Shown here: piece after piece, positions 39,445-48,185 of the stretch
Numbering within the stretch: position 1 is the stretch's first letter
How the letters are laid out: each line of letters opens with the position of its first letter
Assembly: GCA_022729235.1 (NCBI GenBank)
Contig: JALDAJ010000001.1
Coordinates: forward strand, 32,001-96,000
DNA length: 64,000 nt
Source of the DNA: Candidatus Nanohalarchaeota archaeon
Lineage (GTDB): Archaea; Nanohalarchaeota; Nanosalinia; Nanosalinales; Nanosalinaceae
Direction: 5' to 3'
The notes under the pieces: generated by a model
Database searches by the model: none
Seen by the model: only the letters and a program-made list of their open reading frames with translations
Told to the model about the DNA's origin: nothing
Made by a program: the position numbers and the translations under genes

Positions 39445-40206
39445 TCACGCACGCGAGAACTCGAACTCTCCCTCGAGCCCTTCTACCTGTTCCCGGATGT
39501 TTTCAACCGCGTCATCCATCCTCTTCTTCGCAAGTCTTGAGTTCCTGCCCCACGCGGTTATCGAGTAAGTTGGGGCTGAAACGTATTCCACATCTATCCC
39601 CTCTCCGAGATTGCCGAAGGAGTCTCTTATCTTTTCCACGCCGTTACCCTGACTGAAACTAATCTCGAGTTCGCCTTCGAGCTTTTCCTGCCTGAGGTTG
39701 ATGTTCTCCTTCGCGACTTCCTGTATCGCCTCGACAGTTTCCCCGTCGAAAAGCTCTGTCAGTTTCTCTTCCTCGCCGACCGCGATTTCGAATCCGGTGA
39801 ATGATGACCCGAACTCTCTCTGCATCGGGAAAACCACGTCCTCGTAGAGGTCTTCCTTATCTTCACCTAGCTCTTCAGCCAGGTCTTCGACAAACTCTTC
39901 GGCCTTCTGCTCCTTGTTCCACCGCGACATGGTATCCTTTTTCTGTTTCTCGTTGACACGCTTGAGCGACAGGTCTACTGTGTCGTCTCCCGCGTCAACT
40001 ACCTGTGCCACAGTTTTCTCGCCTTCATCGATTTCCTTGGATACATCCTGCACCCAGGAACGCGAAACCTCGGATATGTGTATAAGCCCTGTAACATCCT
40101 CGTACTCGTCCAGATCGGCGTATGCCGAGTTCTTGTCCGCGTCAGTTATCGTCACGACGACAAAGTCGCCTTCCTCAGGTCTGTCTTTATACCAGCGCAT
40201 AGTCAC
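39445..40206 (-). CDS. eif2a: translation initiation factor aIF2 alpha
   Basis: S1 domain with GLIHISEVS..W, VDLSLKRV, SAPTY. Confidence 0.94.
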   Translation of the reverse strand: MTMRWYKDRPEEGDFVVVTITDADKNSAYADLDEYEDVTGLIHISEVSRSWVQDVSKEIDEGEKTVAQVVDAGDDTVDLSLKRVNEKQKKDTMSRWNKEQKAEEFVEDLAEELGEDKEDLYEDVVFPMQREFGSSFTGFEIAVGEEEKLTELFDGETVEAIQEVAKENINLRQEKLEGELEISFSQGNGVEKIRDSFGNLGEGIDVEYVSAPTYSITAWGRNSRLAKKRMDDAVENIREQVEGLEGEFEFSRA

Positions 40207-40240
40207 TGCTTGAAAAGTGACTTTTAAAAGCAGAACGATG

Positions 40241-40795
40241 CTACACCATCAGTTCAAGCATCAATGGTGCAAAGTAGTAGAACAGTACGAGGTTGAACCC
40301 GGTATTGGTGACCGCGTACGGTAGGTACCTGTCAAGACTGCCGAGGCTCGTGACCGAGGAGAGCAGGGCGAAAACCACCTGCATCCCGACTGTTAACGCG
40401 GCTCCTAGCACGAATATATCTCTCCCGGAGAAAAATCCTGCGGCAAACCCTGCCACGGCATAGGACGGGATAACCCATATTATGTATCCGCCAGTGTACT
40501 GCCCCGCAATCACCTGTAACAGTATCAAACCAAACCCGGCAACCGCACCTATAAACGGACCGTAGACAGCTCCTATCAAAACCGTTGATAGCGTGGTGAG
40601 TTCAATTCCGACAGTTTTGATACCCAGCTGGTTCACCGTCCACGCCGTCAACGCCACACCCGCCACCAGTAAAGCGGCTGCAACGTATTCCGTGAAAAAG
40701 AAAACTCCTGCCGCCACCATACCGATTATCCCGGCAGTCCAGTAAATCCTTGGGTTCTTAGAATACTCTGTTAGGTGCTCAAATCCTTCAAGCAT
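40241..40795 (-). CDS. ECF S-component-like membrane protein
   Basis: about 6 TM; GIELTTLSTVLIGAVYGP; paralog of 19402-19953. Confidence 0.6.
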   Translation of the reverse strand: MLEGFEHLTEYSKNPRIYWTAGIIGMVAAGVFFFTEYVAAALLVAGVALTAWTVNQLGIKTVGIELTTLSTVLIGAVYGPFIGAVAGFGLILLQVIAGQYTGGYIIWVIPSYAVAGFAAGFFSGRDIFVLGAALTVGMQVVFALLSSVTSLGSLDRYLPYAVTNTGFNLVLFYYFAPLMLELMV

Positions 40796-40825
40796 GCATA
40801 AAATCTGGTTTAAACACCTAAAAAC

Positions 40826-40999
40826 TTATTCCGGGCTAAGTACTTCAGCAATATCTGCCTCGACCTCTGCCTTACCACCTGAAGGACTTACAAGCACTTC
40901 TCCACAAACCAGGCATTCAACCTCTGTAGAGGCGTGCGAGAAGACGTTCTGCTCGTTTCCACATTCCGGACACTCTACCCTGTAAAATTCTTGAGTCAT
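40826..40999 (-). CDS. rps27e: 30S ribosomal protein S27e
   Basis: manually translated ...VECPECGNEQNVFSHASTEVECLVCG...PSGGKA. Confidence 0.95.
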   Translation of the reverse strand: MTQEFYRVECPECGNEQNVFSHASTEVECLVCGEVLVSPSGGKAEVEADIAEVLSPE

Positions 41000-41005
41000 G
41001 ATTAT

Positions 41006-41308
41006 CTACCTCTCTATCTCCAGTTTAGCAGTTCTTAAAGGTTCACTGGGTTTCCAGGACTTTCCGCATTCCTTACACGTGAACTGCATGTCCTTCTTCT
41101 CCGAAGTCGGATTCTTCCTACCACGAGCACGGATAGCCGGGTTCTCGAACGGGAAAGACCCGTAACCTTTGTCGACCTTTCTCTGCCTCTTCCTGTGCTT
41201 CTTCTTGAAAGGTGAAGCCGAGCGGTTGGTAACTTCCTTTACAGTTTGCTCTGTGTGCTCGTCACAGTTCGGGCAGTAACGGTTCTGCTCTTTTGGGATC
41301 TTGACCAT
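41006..41308 (-). CDS. rpl44e: 50S ribosomal protein L44e
   Basis: YCPNCDEHT, GYG and CKECGK motifs. Confidence 0.93.
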   Translation of the reverse strand: MVKIPKEQNRYCPNCDEHTEQTVKEVTNRSASPFKKKHRKRQRKVDKGYGSFPFENPAIRARGRKNPTSEKKDMQFTCKECGKSWKPSEPLRTAKLEIER

Positions 41309-41340
41309 ATCAACCCGTCCGAAGTTAAACTTTAAAAGTA

Positions 41341-41970
41341 CTACTCGACATCCGTCCCTTCAGCGTTTTCAGGATCAGCCAGGTTCTCCAGGGTTCCCTC
41401 GAAGATTCTTGTCGGAATGTTTGAACGCCTGATTATCTTGACCGCTGTCTCATCGATCAGTTCGTAGCTTCCCGGCTCGTAGTCATCACCTACTATTTCC
41501 AGAAGTTCGTCCGGCGTCACCTCATCAAGTTTCTCCGCACCGTCTTCATCCGGGTGTTTATCGTGCACCCCGTTAACCGTAGTTGCGATGTAGAGCTCCG
41601 CATCCAGCATCTCGGCAGCGATAGCTGCGGTAGCATCAGTTGAGTATCCAGGCGTAAGCCCCCCCATCACGACATCCTTTCCGGAAGCGGCTGCTACCTT
41701 GATCTCTTCAGGTCTTTCAGGTATCGAAGGATAAGCATCCATCACGGTCAGCAGAGTCTGCGCGTTCAGCCGCGTTGCCTTGATACCGACAAGGTCCTGC
41801 TCGCCGTTATTTGCAATGCCTTTGACAGCTTTCTGGTGCTTATTGAGGTCGCCTGCACCGGTAACAACCAGCACTTGCTCATCTCTTTCCAGCGCGTCCG
41901 CCAGCTCTTCTATCCTGTCAAGGTTTTCCCGTACAATCGAACCTCCTATCGAAAATACATAATCTACCAT
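41341..41970 (-). CDS. pyrH: UMP kinase
   Basis: SIGGS, GIKATRLNA and PGYSTDA motifs. Confidence 0.9.
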   Translation of the reverse strand: MVDYVFSIGGSIVRENLDRIEELADALERDEQVLVVTGAGDLNKHQKAVKGIANNGEQDLVGIKATRLNAQTLLTVMDAYPSIPERPEEIKVAAASGKDVVMGGLTPGYSTDATAAIAAEMLDAELYIATTVNGVHDKHPDEDGAEKLDEVTPDELLEIVGDDYEPGSYELIDETAVKIIRRSNIPTRIFEGTLENLADPENAEGTDVE

Positions 41971-42551
41971 TATTCCATCCTCTCCGCACTCCCGCGGTTA
42001 ACCAGTATCTCTGCGTTTTCCTCCGGGACCTCGACCTCATCTCCCTCGTCAAGAGGTCCGTAGCTTTCCAGGTCGGTTCCCATAAACTCAGGTACGTGAG
42101 ACGTCACTTTTATGACCTCGTATCCCTCTTCAGCACTGTCTTCGTCTTCCGCCTCTAAATCATCTTCGAATTCTTCATCCTCCTCTACCTCTCCGAGGTC
42201 GACATCCAGGTCGCCGTTCACCTCGCCGTCGATACGGTCGCGGTGCTCCTCGAAAATGCTCTTTAATTCCCGGAAAAGCTTCTTCTCTCTCGGCAGGAGA
42301 TTCAAACTTGAAGCGTTCACATCAGATTTCACCGCGAGCCGCGCGTTCTTCACTATCTTGTCCTCTCTCAGAGAAATTATCTTGTCAAACACACGTTTCG
42401 AGTTCCGGTGCTCGCGCTCATCAACATCTTTCTTTCCATCCAGGAAACTACCAACACGCAGGAGGAACTTCTCACCGAGATCAGTCAGATCATCTTGGCG
42501 AGCCTCGCTCTTCTGCATCTTCCGCAACTCCTGAAACGTTAACTCCTCCAT
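41970..42551 (-). CDS. GINS complex subunit (Gins15/51)
   Basis: REDKIV..A, NLLPRE and PEFMGTDLESYGP motifs; conserved context. Confidence 0.88.
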   Translation of the reverse strand: MEELTFQELRKMQKSEARQDDLTDLGEKFLLRVGSFLDGKKDVDEREHRNSKRVFDKIISLREDKIVKNARLAVKSDVNASSLNLLPREKKLFRELKSIFEEHRDRIDGEVNGDLDVDLGEVEEDEEFEDDLEAEDEDSAEEGYEVIKVTSHVPEFMGTDLESYGPLDEGDEVEVPEENAEILVNRGSAERME

Positions 42552-42641
42552 GAGCCGTGGTTTAGTTGAAAGATTTTTATCTGGGTCGCTTTAGGATAGC
42601 CAAAAGTTAAAAAGTATAAGCAATAATATAGTATTGGAAGT

Positions 42642-42863
42642 ATGACAACAACTGTCGATCTACCGAGCGAAATCGAGAAGGCTATAGAAGAGAAGATCGA
42701 GGGAGGAGAGTACACCAGCAAGTCAGATTTCGTGAAGGAGGCGGTGAGGACGCACCTAGACAAGATACTTCTAATCCCTGAAGATGTATCCAGGAGAGCT
42801 GAAGAAGTTAGGAAAGGTGAAGCTGAAACAGTTGAATGGGAAGAAGTCAGGGAAGACATGTAG
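42642..42863 (+). CDS. RHH antitoxin
   Basis: TVDLP...G.Y.SKSDFVKEAVR. Confidence 0.85.
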   Translation: MTTTVDLPSEIEKAIEEKIEGGEYTSKSDFVKEAVRTHLDKILLIPEDVSRRAEEVRKGEAETVEWEEVREDM

Positions 42864-42865
42864 AC

Positions 42866-43171
42866 ATGGAGTTCGAAGTTCACTCTAAAGCGGTTGAAGA
42901 ATTTCTGGAGCTCCCTGGAGAAGACCGCGAGAAAGTGAAGGAGAACATCGACTCCCGGCAGAGAAGAGAGAACAGCATCCTCAATCAGCGAGGCACAGGC
43001 ATCAGCTACGACAACCACGGAGAACCTGTCCACTACTTCAAGGCGGAAGGAGAAAACCAGAACTACAGGGTTTTCTTCGACATCCAAGACGACACAGTAA
43101 TCCTGCTAGGCGTCAGACCACGAGACGACGATACCTACCTCAACCTCCGAGAATACACCAAGAGAACCTGA
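42866..43171 (+). CDS. RelE/ParE-family toxin
   Basis: YRVFFDI...LGVRPR...Y; follows the RHH gene. Confidence 0.8.
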   Translation: MEFEVHSKAVEEFLELPGEDREKVKENIDSRQRRENSILNQRGTGISYDNHGEPVHYFKAEGENQNYRVFFDIQDDTVILLGVRPRDDDTYLNLREYTKRT

Positions 43172-43220
43172 AAACACCTTTTACCCAGGTCAATTCCTTT
43201 CTCCGGTGCAGGAGAGACTT

Positions 43221-43279
43221 GAACCCTTATCACGGTTAATTTACTAAACCAGCCACGAATTGCCGGTTTAATAAACGGC
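43221..43279 (+). repeat. ~59-bp imperfect direct repeat, copy 1
   Basis: CTTATCACGGTTAATTTACTAAAC...GTTTAATAAACGG also occurs at 44649-44707. Confidence 0.85.
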
Positions 43280-43372
43280 TGATGGTTGTGAAATACGGTT
43301 TTTCAGCCTTTAATTCTTGATTTTTAGGTTATAACCATTAAACTTTTAAGTTGTGAGGAGTAAGTAACAAAT

Positions 43373-44023
43373 ATGACTGAATTGTCTAAGACAACAGTTT
43401 ATATTCCTGAAAAAATCCATAGTTATCTGAAGTTTGAAACTCAGCAGGATGCTGAGAATCAAGGAGTTTTAGTTTACAGAGAACATCCAGGAGCAGATAA
43501 TGAAGACGATATTTTCATCGAATACAAGCTACCTACAGGCAGAGGTACTCCGGGAAGAGTGGAACCACAGCAGGAGAAGTTAGATGTTTTACATCAATTC
43601 ATGGAAGATAATCCTGAATACAGAGGAATTGTATACCATACTCACTCGGAAGGAACTCTTGAGGAGTTCGGAGAAATTTACGGTCATAACTTTTCGCCAG
43701 GAGATATGCCTCAGATTAGTAGTGAGAAGCCTTCAGGTTATGAAGATTGGGAACTTTTGGTTACTCCGGATTGGATTTTATCTTCGGAGGAATGGCAAGA
43801 ACTAAGTGGTTCCTATAATGGAAGACACAATTTCATCAGTGAGGAAGAACTCGAAAGGGCGCACGAGGAAGGAAGAGGAAAGCCAGAAGTTGTTATATCT
43901 GATTGGAGCATGGATGACGGAACACCATTCATGCCTGAAAATCCTGGAACAGATGAATCAGTCTGGGGAGATGTCAGGTCAAAACTAGGTCAAGCAAGAA
44001 AAAAAGCTACAGAAGGAGTATAG
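43373..44023 (+). CDS. JAB/JAMM (MPN+) metallo-isopeptidase-like protein
   Basis: ENQGVL...YHTHS...FSPGD. Confidence 0.7.
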   Translation: MTELSKTTVYIPEKIHSYLKFETQQDAENQGVLVYREHPGADNEDDIFIEYKLPTGRGTPGRVEPQQEKLDVLHQFMEDNPEYRGIVYHTHSEGTLEEFGEIYGHNFSPGDMPQISSEKPSGYEDWELLVTPDWILSSEEWQELSGSYNGRHNFISEEELERAHEEGRGKPEVVISDWSMDDGTPFMPENPGTDESVWGDVRSKLGQARKKATEGV

Positions 44024-44033
44024 AGGGATTATT

Positions 44034-44618
44034 ATGTCGGGAGATTTTGGAGACTCACTCAAAGAATTCTCTTTTATTGAACATGATATTGAGCCGGGTA
44101 AAACGCTTTCCGGCGGGTTAGGAGCTGAAATAAGGTATGATGAGAGAAGTCCTGATGTAGTCGAAGAACATTTCGATACTGATACAGAACCCGGGGATGA
44201 AATATTTAATCACTTCACAAACGATAGAGGAAATTACCATAGTATTGAGGAACAGGGAATCTCAACTGACAAAGACGGGAACCCGCTCTTTTCGGAATTA
44301 GTTGAAGAAGAGGTTGGCGAGTGCCTTGAGATGGCCTTAGTAGGATTAAACTATGTACAAGATGACTTTGATGAAGTATATCTGGTAAACGGTTCCTTAC
44401 CTGATACTGACCAACTTAATTACAAAGTTCCAGAACACGCATACCTGATTTTAGAGGATGAAAAAGGTTATGAAGTATTCGACCCGGCAAGACTGATTGG
44501 TAATGAGCCAGTTCGGGGCAGAATAGTAGGAATAGGCGACTCCAATACTCTAGAACTTGAAAGCGATGTACAGGAAGATTTTGAATCTGCATTTGGACAA
44601 AAATATTCGCTTCAATAA
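44034..44618 (+). CDS. transglutaminase-like (Cys-His-Asp) protein
   Basis: GECLEMA, HAYL and VFDP motifs. Confidence 0.7.
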   Translation: MSGDFGDSLKEFSFIEHDIEPGKTLSGGLGAEIRYDERSPDVVEEHFDTDTEPGDEIFNHFTNDRGNYHSIEEQGISTDKDGNPLFSELVEEEVGECLEMALVGLNYVQDDFDEVYLVNGSLPDTDQLNYKVPEHAYLILEDEKGYEVFDPARLIGNEPVRGRIVGIGDSNTLELESDVQEDFESAFGQKYSLQ

Positions 44619-44648
44619 ATTAATTGGTTCTATGGGCTTCGGTGTGCG

Positions 44649-44707
44649 GAACGCTTATCACGGTTAATTTACTAAACTAGTCGTGATTTGACAGTTTAAT
44701 AAACGGT
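44649..44707 (+). repeat. ~59-bp imperfect direct repeat, copy 2
   Basis: matches 43221-43279. Confidence 0.85.
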
Positions 44708-44708
44708 T

Positions 44709-45344
44709 CTATGATGATTTTTGTGGCTGTTCAGCGCCTAAAAGTTGATTCCACAGATTAGACAGGCGGGTTGTGATAGTCTTCCAAATATCATGTCTTC
44801 GTTTGTATAATTCTGCCAGTTGTTCTACTACATTGATTTCGAATTTTATCTTGATGGCTGTAAATGAAATAGGAATCAGAACTAAAATTGAGATGACTAT
44901 TGATATAGACAGGTAAACTATGTTTACAGACCTTTGAATTACTGGAACCACAATATCATATTCGCGAATATTTCTGACTGACAATGTTCTTTCAACTTCA
45001 TCTTCTAACTCCTCGATTTCTTGCTCCTGATTTTCTATCAGTTCCGACTGGTTCTCACTTTTTTCTTCATAATAATCCGCTTGTTCTCGTAAGTCACTTC
45101 TGTTATCGCTGTAGTTACTGGCGACTGCTTGGTAATGTTCTTTTTCAGACTGCAGTTGCGATATTGTACTTTCAAGTTCATTTATTTCAGCTTCTAAACT
45201 TGATATGTCCTCCTCGTACACCTCTTCATCTACTGTATCGGCGTTTATTTGTTGAAACATGGAAGGTACTACGGAGAGTATCCCTACAACAAGTATAGCT
45301 ACTGCTATACCTGTACACGCAGTTACTATATCGTCTTCTGTCAC
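44709..45344 (-). CDS. coiled-coil protein anchored by two TM segments
   Basis: N-terminal TM, long heptad region, second TM near the C-terminus. Confidence 0.75.
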   Translation of the reverse strand: MTEDDIVTACTGIAVAILVVGILSVVPSMFQQINADTVDEEVYEEDISSLEAEINELESTISQLQSEKEHYQAVASNYSDNRSDLREQADYYEEKSENQSELIENQEQEIEELEDEVERTLSVRNIREYDIVVPVIQRSVNIVYLSISIVISILVLIPISFTAIKIKFEINVVEQLAELYKRRHDIWKTITTRLSNLWNQLLGAEQPQKSS

Positions 45345-45375
45345 ATAGAATTTCTGGGTCGCAAATATTATCTGT

Positions 45376-45657
45376 TTAATCTAATTCGGATTGGAAATAC
45401 TCTTCGTAACCCAGATTCGCTATTAATCCTTCTAAATTCAGGTCTAAATCTTCAATATTGTTTTCGGGATTAATTTTGTCTTCTTCAATTTCTTCTTCCG
45501 TTAAAAATGCGGTATTGTCTATTTCGGCTATATTGGTTGCTAGTTCTTGTCTATCTACTTCTTTTTCGGGTATTTCTTCAATGATATTCTGATATAGTTC
45601 GGTCTTTCTGGTTGCTATTAGCCCAATCATGTTGAGCGCCTGTTCTTCTTTCTCCAT
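45376..45657 (-). CDS. hypothetical acidic protein
   Basis: 93-aa ORF coupled to the upstream gene. Confidence 0.65.
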   Translation of the reverse strand: MEKEEQALNMIGLIATRKTELYQNIIEEIPEKEVDRQELATNIAEIDNTAFLTEEEIEEDKINPENNIEDLDLNLEGLIANLGYEEYFQSELD

Positions 45658-46217
45658 TATGCCACCTCAAGCGCCGTTTTACTTACTTCGGCAGAACCAG
45701 TCGTTAAGGCTTCTTTAGTACTCCCTTCAAGCATTTCTCCAAATACTTCTTCATCTACTGTATCGTTGGTAGTGTCTGCTAGATATTCAAGTCCGCCAGA
45801 ATCTTCTACGCTATTCCTCAAGTCTTCTGCAATTTCGCCCGCCTCTTTTTCTGTGATTTTACTCGCTTGAAATGCGACACCTTGTTGTTTTGTTTCTTCT
45901 ACTAAATTGCTGAATCTATCAGAGGAATCTGAGTCACTCCATGCGTCATACATTCTTTTTCCGGCTTTTCCAGTAGTGTAAGCAGTGTATGCTGTAGCAA
46001 GATGAGGATTAGTAGAAGCCACTCCGCCTAAAACCATTGCTTTACCGACTGTTTTAGCTGAATCCTTTACATCTTCCTCCGAAATACTATCTTCGGAACC
46101 AGAAAACCCTGCATCTTCCGGATGTAGTGCGCCGTTACAGCTACATTGACACTGACTGGCTGGCATTTTTACAGCATTCTCACAACGAGGACTGTGCGAC
46201 ATAGAACCCCCTCCCAA
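45657..46217 (-). CDS. hypothetical protein with N-terminal Cys/His cluster
   Basis: HSPRCENA...CQCSCNGALH. Confidence 0.7.
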   Translation of the reverse strand: MGGGSMSHSPRCENAVKMPASQCQCSCNGALHPEDAGFSGSEDSISEEDVKDSAKTVGKAMVLGGVASTNPHLATAYTAYTTGKAGKRMYDAWSDSDSSDRFSNLVEETKQQGVAFQASKITEKEAGEIAEDLRNSVEDSGGLEYLADTTNDTVDEEVFGEMLEGSTKEALTTGSAEVSKTALEVA

Positions 46218-46295
46218 TAAATTGAATATTAGAAGGAATATCTAATGTATTTTTTCCTATTCAAAATTTCTCAAGAGTTCCGACAAAATTACTAT

Positions 46296-46379
46296 TTATC
46301 TCAACGCTTCCTTGATATGCTCCTGTTTAACCGTCTTGTACCCGTTTTCTTGTGCGATTGCCCGGGCTTCCTCCACGAT
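46296..46379 (-). pseudogene. archaeal histone C-terminal fragment
   Basis: IVEEARAIAQENGYKTVKQEHIKEALR*, in frame directly after the primase TGA. Confidence 0.65.
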
Positions 46380-47795
46380 TCAACCAAAACATTTCTGGAC
46401 GTGTTTCTTGTAGTAGTGTTCCATCTGGTATTCTTTGCCGCAGTACGGGCATTCAAAGACCTCGTCTTCCTCGTCGTCTCCAGATTCTCCGTCTGAGGAG
46501 TTGCCGATGTCGAGGCTGTCGTCGCCTTTGGCTTTGCGGAAGGCGTAGGAGACGGGGTTGGGGACGCGTTCTTCCAGGCTGTCGCCTTCGTAGACCTGCA
46601 TGTCTTTGTAGTAGCCTTTCGCGTCGTAGTTCGGTGGCGGGACGTCCTCTTCCCTGTCGCGGTGCCAGTTGAGCTGTCCCCTGACATATGATTCGCGGAG
46701 CGCCTGGTCGTTCTCCTCGTTCCACTCCCAGATACGTGATTCGATTTCCTCCCAGCTGTAGCCTACTGTTCTCAGGAAGTTGATGAGTATGAACAGTCCG
46801 CGCTTTCTGCCGTCTTCCAGCCCGTCGAGTATGTTGTGGATGGTAGGAGGCCAGTGCTCCTCCGGTATCGCGTCGTCGGGTCTGTCAAAGTCTTTCTCAG
46901 CCCGCTCCTTTCTCCTCGCCTGTTTCTTCCTCTCCTCCTCCGCAACGTTTTCCGCCGCCTGCAGTAGAAGGTTGGTGGCTTCTCCCTCCTCGTATTCTTC
47001 CAGGAACGTCGTCTCGAAGTCTATGCTGTCCATCTGCGCGTCGCTTTTCTCGAAGTCCTGGATCTGCGAGGGTTGGATGGGCAGGGATACTAGCCAGCTC
47101 CCGTCGTGCAGTGAGTAGGGCATGCGGAAGAGGTGGCGCTGTCCCCAGTCGTTTTCTATGTCGGCGACCTGGTACGGGTCCCAGCCGGTGTCGACTTTCA
47201 TATCCTCCTCGAAGCCGTATTCGCGGACGAGGTCTTTCATCTCGTTTTCGAGGTTGTCCCGTATGTATTCGATTATTCCTCTCGGGAGTTTTGGATACAG
47301 CGAGGCAACGTTTTCCCCGCGGAATATCTCCGGGACATCCTCGCCTTCGAGCGTGTCGGGAAACGCCTCCCACCGCACTCCTATGTGGAAGCCTCTGTTG
47401 CCGGAGAACTTGACACTGACGTTTTCTATACCGTGCTCACGCAGTTCTCTCACGACGAGTTCCGCGGTGTCTTTCGCGAGTTCAAACGAGTGGTCACAGT
47501 CGATGTCGATGACGAAGTCCCAGCCCTCGCGCAGGTCGTCAAGGTTGTTGACGTTGTCGATGAGTAGCGGGTTCTTCCAGCGCTCGACCGACGAGTGTAA
47601 CGCGACCGCGCCGTCCTCGACTAACTGTGAGAAGTCCCCCGGAAAGTTGATAGCGTCCGGCCGTTTCCCATAACCGTTCGGATATGTCGGCGCTATCTCC
47701 CTATACTCCGCGACAGAAGTGATGTGTTCGGAGACCTCTTCCTGCTGGTAGTACTGTCTTATCTTCCAGTCCTGCGGCTTTTCCCCTTCTCCCAT
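46380..47795 (-). CDS. fused PriS-PriL DNA primase (DPANN type) with C-terminal Zn finger
   Basis: WDFVIDID, KFSGNRGFH, RMPYSLH, then PriL-CTD-like DGRKR/NFL; CPYC...H...C tail. Confidence 0.9.
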   Translation of the reverse strand: MGEGEKPQDWKIRQYYQQEEVSEHITSVAEYREIAPTYPNGYGKRPDAINFPGDFSQLVEDGAVALHSSVERWKNPLLIDNVNNLDDLREGWDFVIDIDCDHSFELAKDTAELVVRELREHGIENVSVKFSGNRGFHIGVRWEAFPDTLEGEDVPEIFRGENVASLYPKLPRGIIEYIRDNLENEMKDLVREYGFEEDMKVDTGWDPYQVADIENDWGQRHLFRMPYSLHDGSWLVSLPIQPSQIQDFEKSDAQMDSIDFETTFLEEYEEGEATNLLLQAAENVAEEERKKQARRKERAEKDFDRPDDAIPEEHWPPTIHNILDGLEDGRKRGLFILINFLRTVGYSWEEIESRIWEWNEENDQALRESYVRGQLNWHRDREEDVPPPNYDAKGYYKDMQVYEGDSLEERVPNPVSYAFRKAKGDDSLDIGNSSDGESGDDEEDEVFECPYCGKEYQMEHYYKKHVQKCFG

Positions 47796-47834
47796 ATAGA
47801 GAAGTTAATGAGAAAAGAGGTAAAAGATATGAGG

Positions 47835-48185
47835 TCAGTAACTTGTATCTGAAGCTGATTTATATCCTCCACTAACTGTAGAACCATCCGCTTGCCTCTC
47901 TACAGATTCTCTAACTTCCCTAATTATCTCTCCGCAAGAGCGATTATCCGAGAGCGCCCAGTATACAGTTCCGTCCTCGAAATCAAATTCATCTTCAACA
48001 TACCCCAGACTGGATAGCCCTCTAGCTGCTTTAGTCACACAGTGGTCAGGATAATGACTTACGCTCGACATCAGTTCTGTTGAAGAGGTTCTTCCATTTT
48101 CATCCAAGTGCCTTACTACACCCTCAAGACGCTCATCCTTCAAGGCATCCAAGATTTTCTCGTCAAGTTCTTCTACAGACATCAC
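47835..48185 (-). CDS. winged-HTH-like protein (orphan)
   Basis: helix-turn-helix then L...GYV...YW pattern. Confidence 0.6.
   Translation of the reverse strand: MMSVEELDEKILDALKDERLEGVVRHLDENGRTSSTELMSSVSHYPDHCVTKAARGLSSLGYVEDEFDFEDGTVYWALSDNRSCGEIIREVRESVERQADGSTVSGGYKSASDTSY

Noticed and set aside
43221-44707. Direct repeats as a CRISPR array or canonical integron attC sites
   Set aside because: There are only two copies 1.4 kb apart, no cas or intI gene, and the core spacing is too short for attC.
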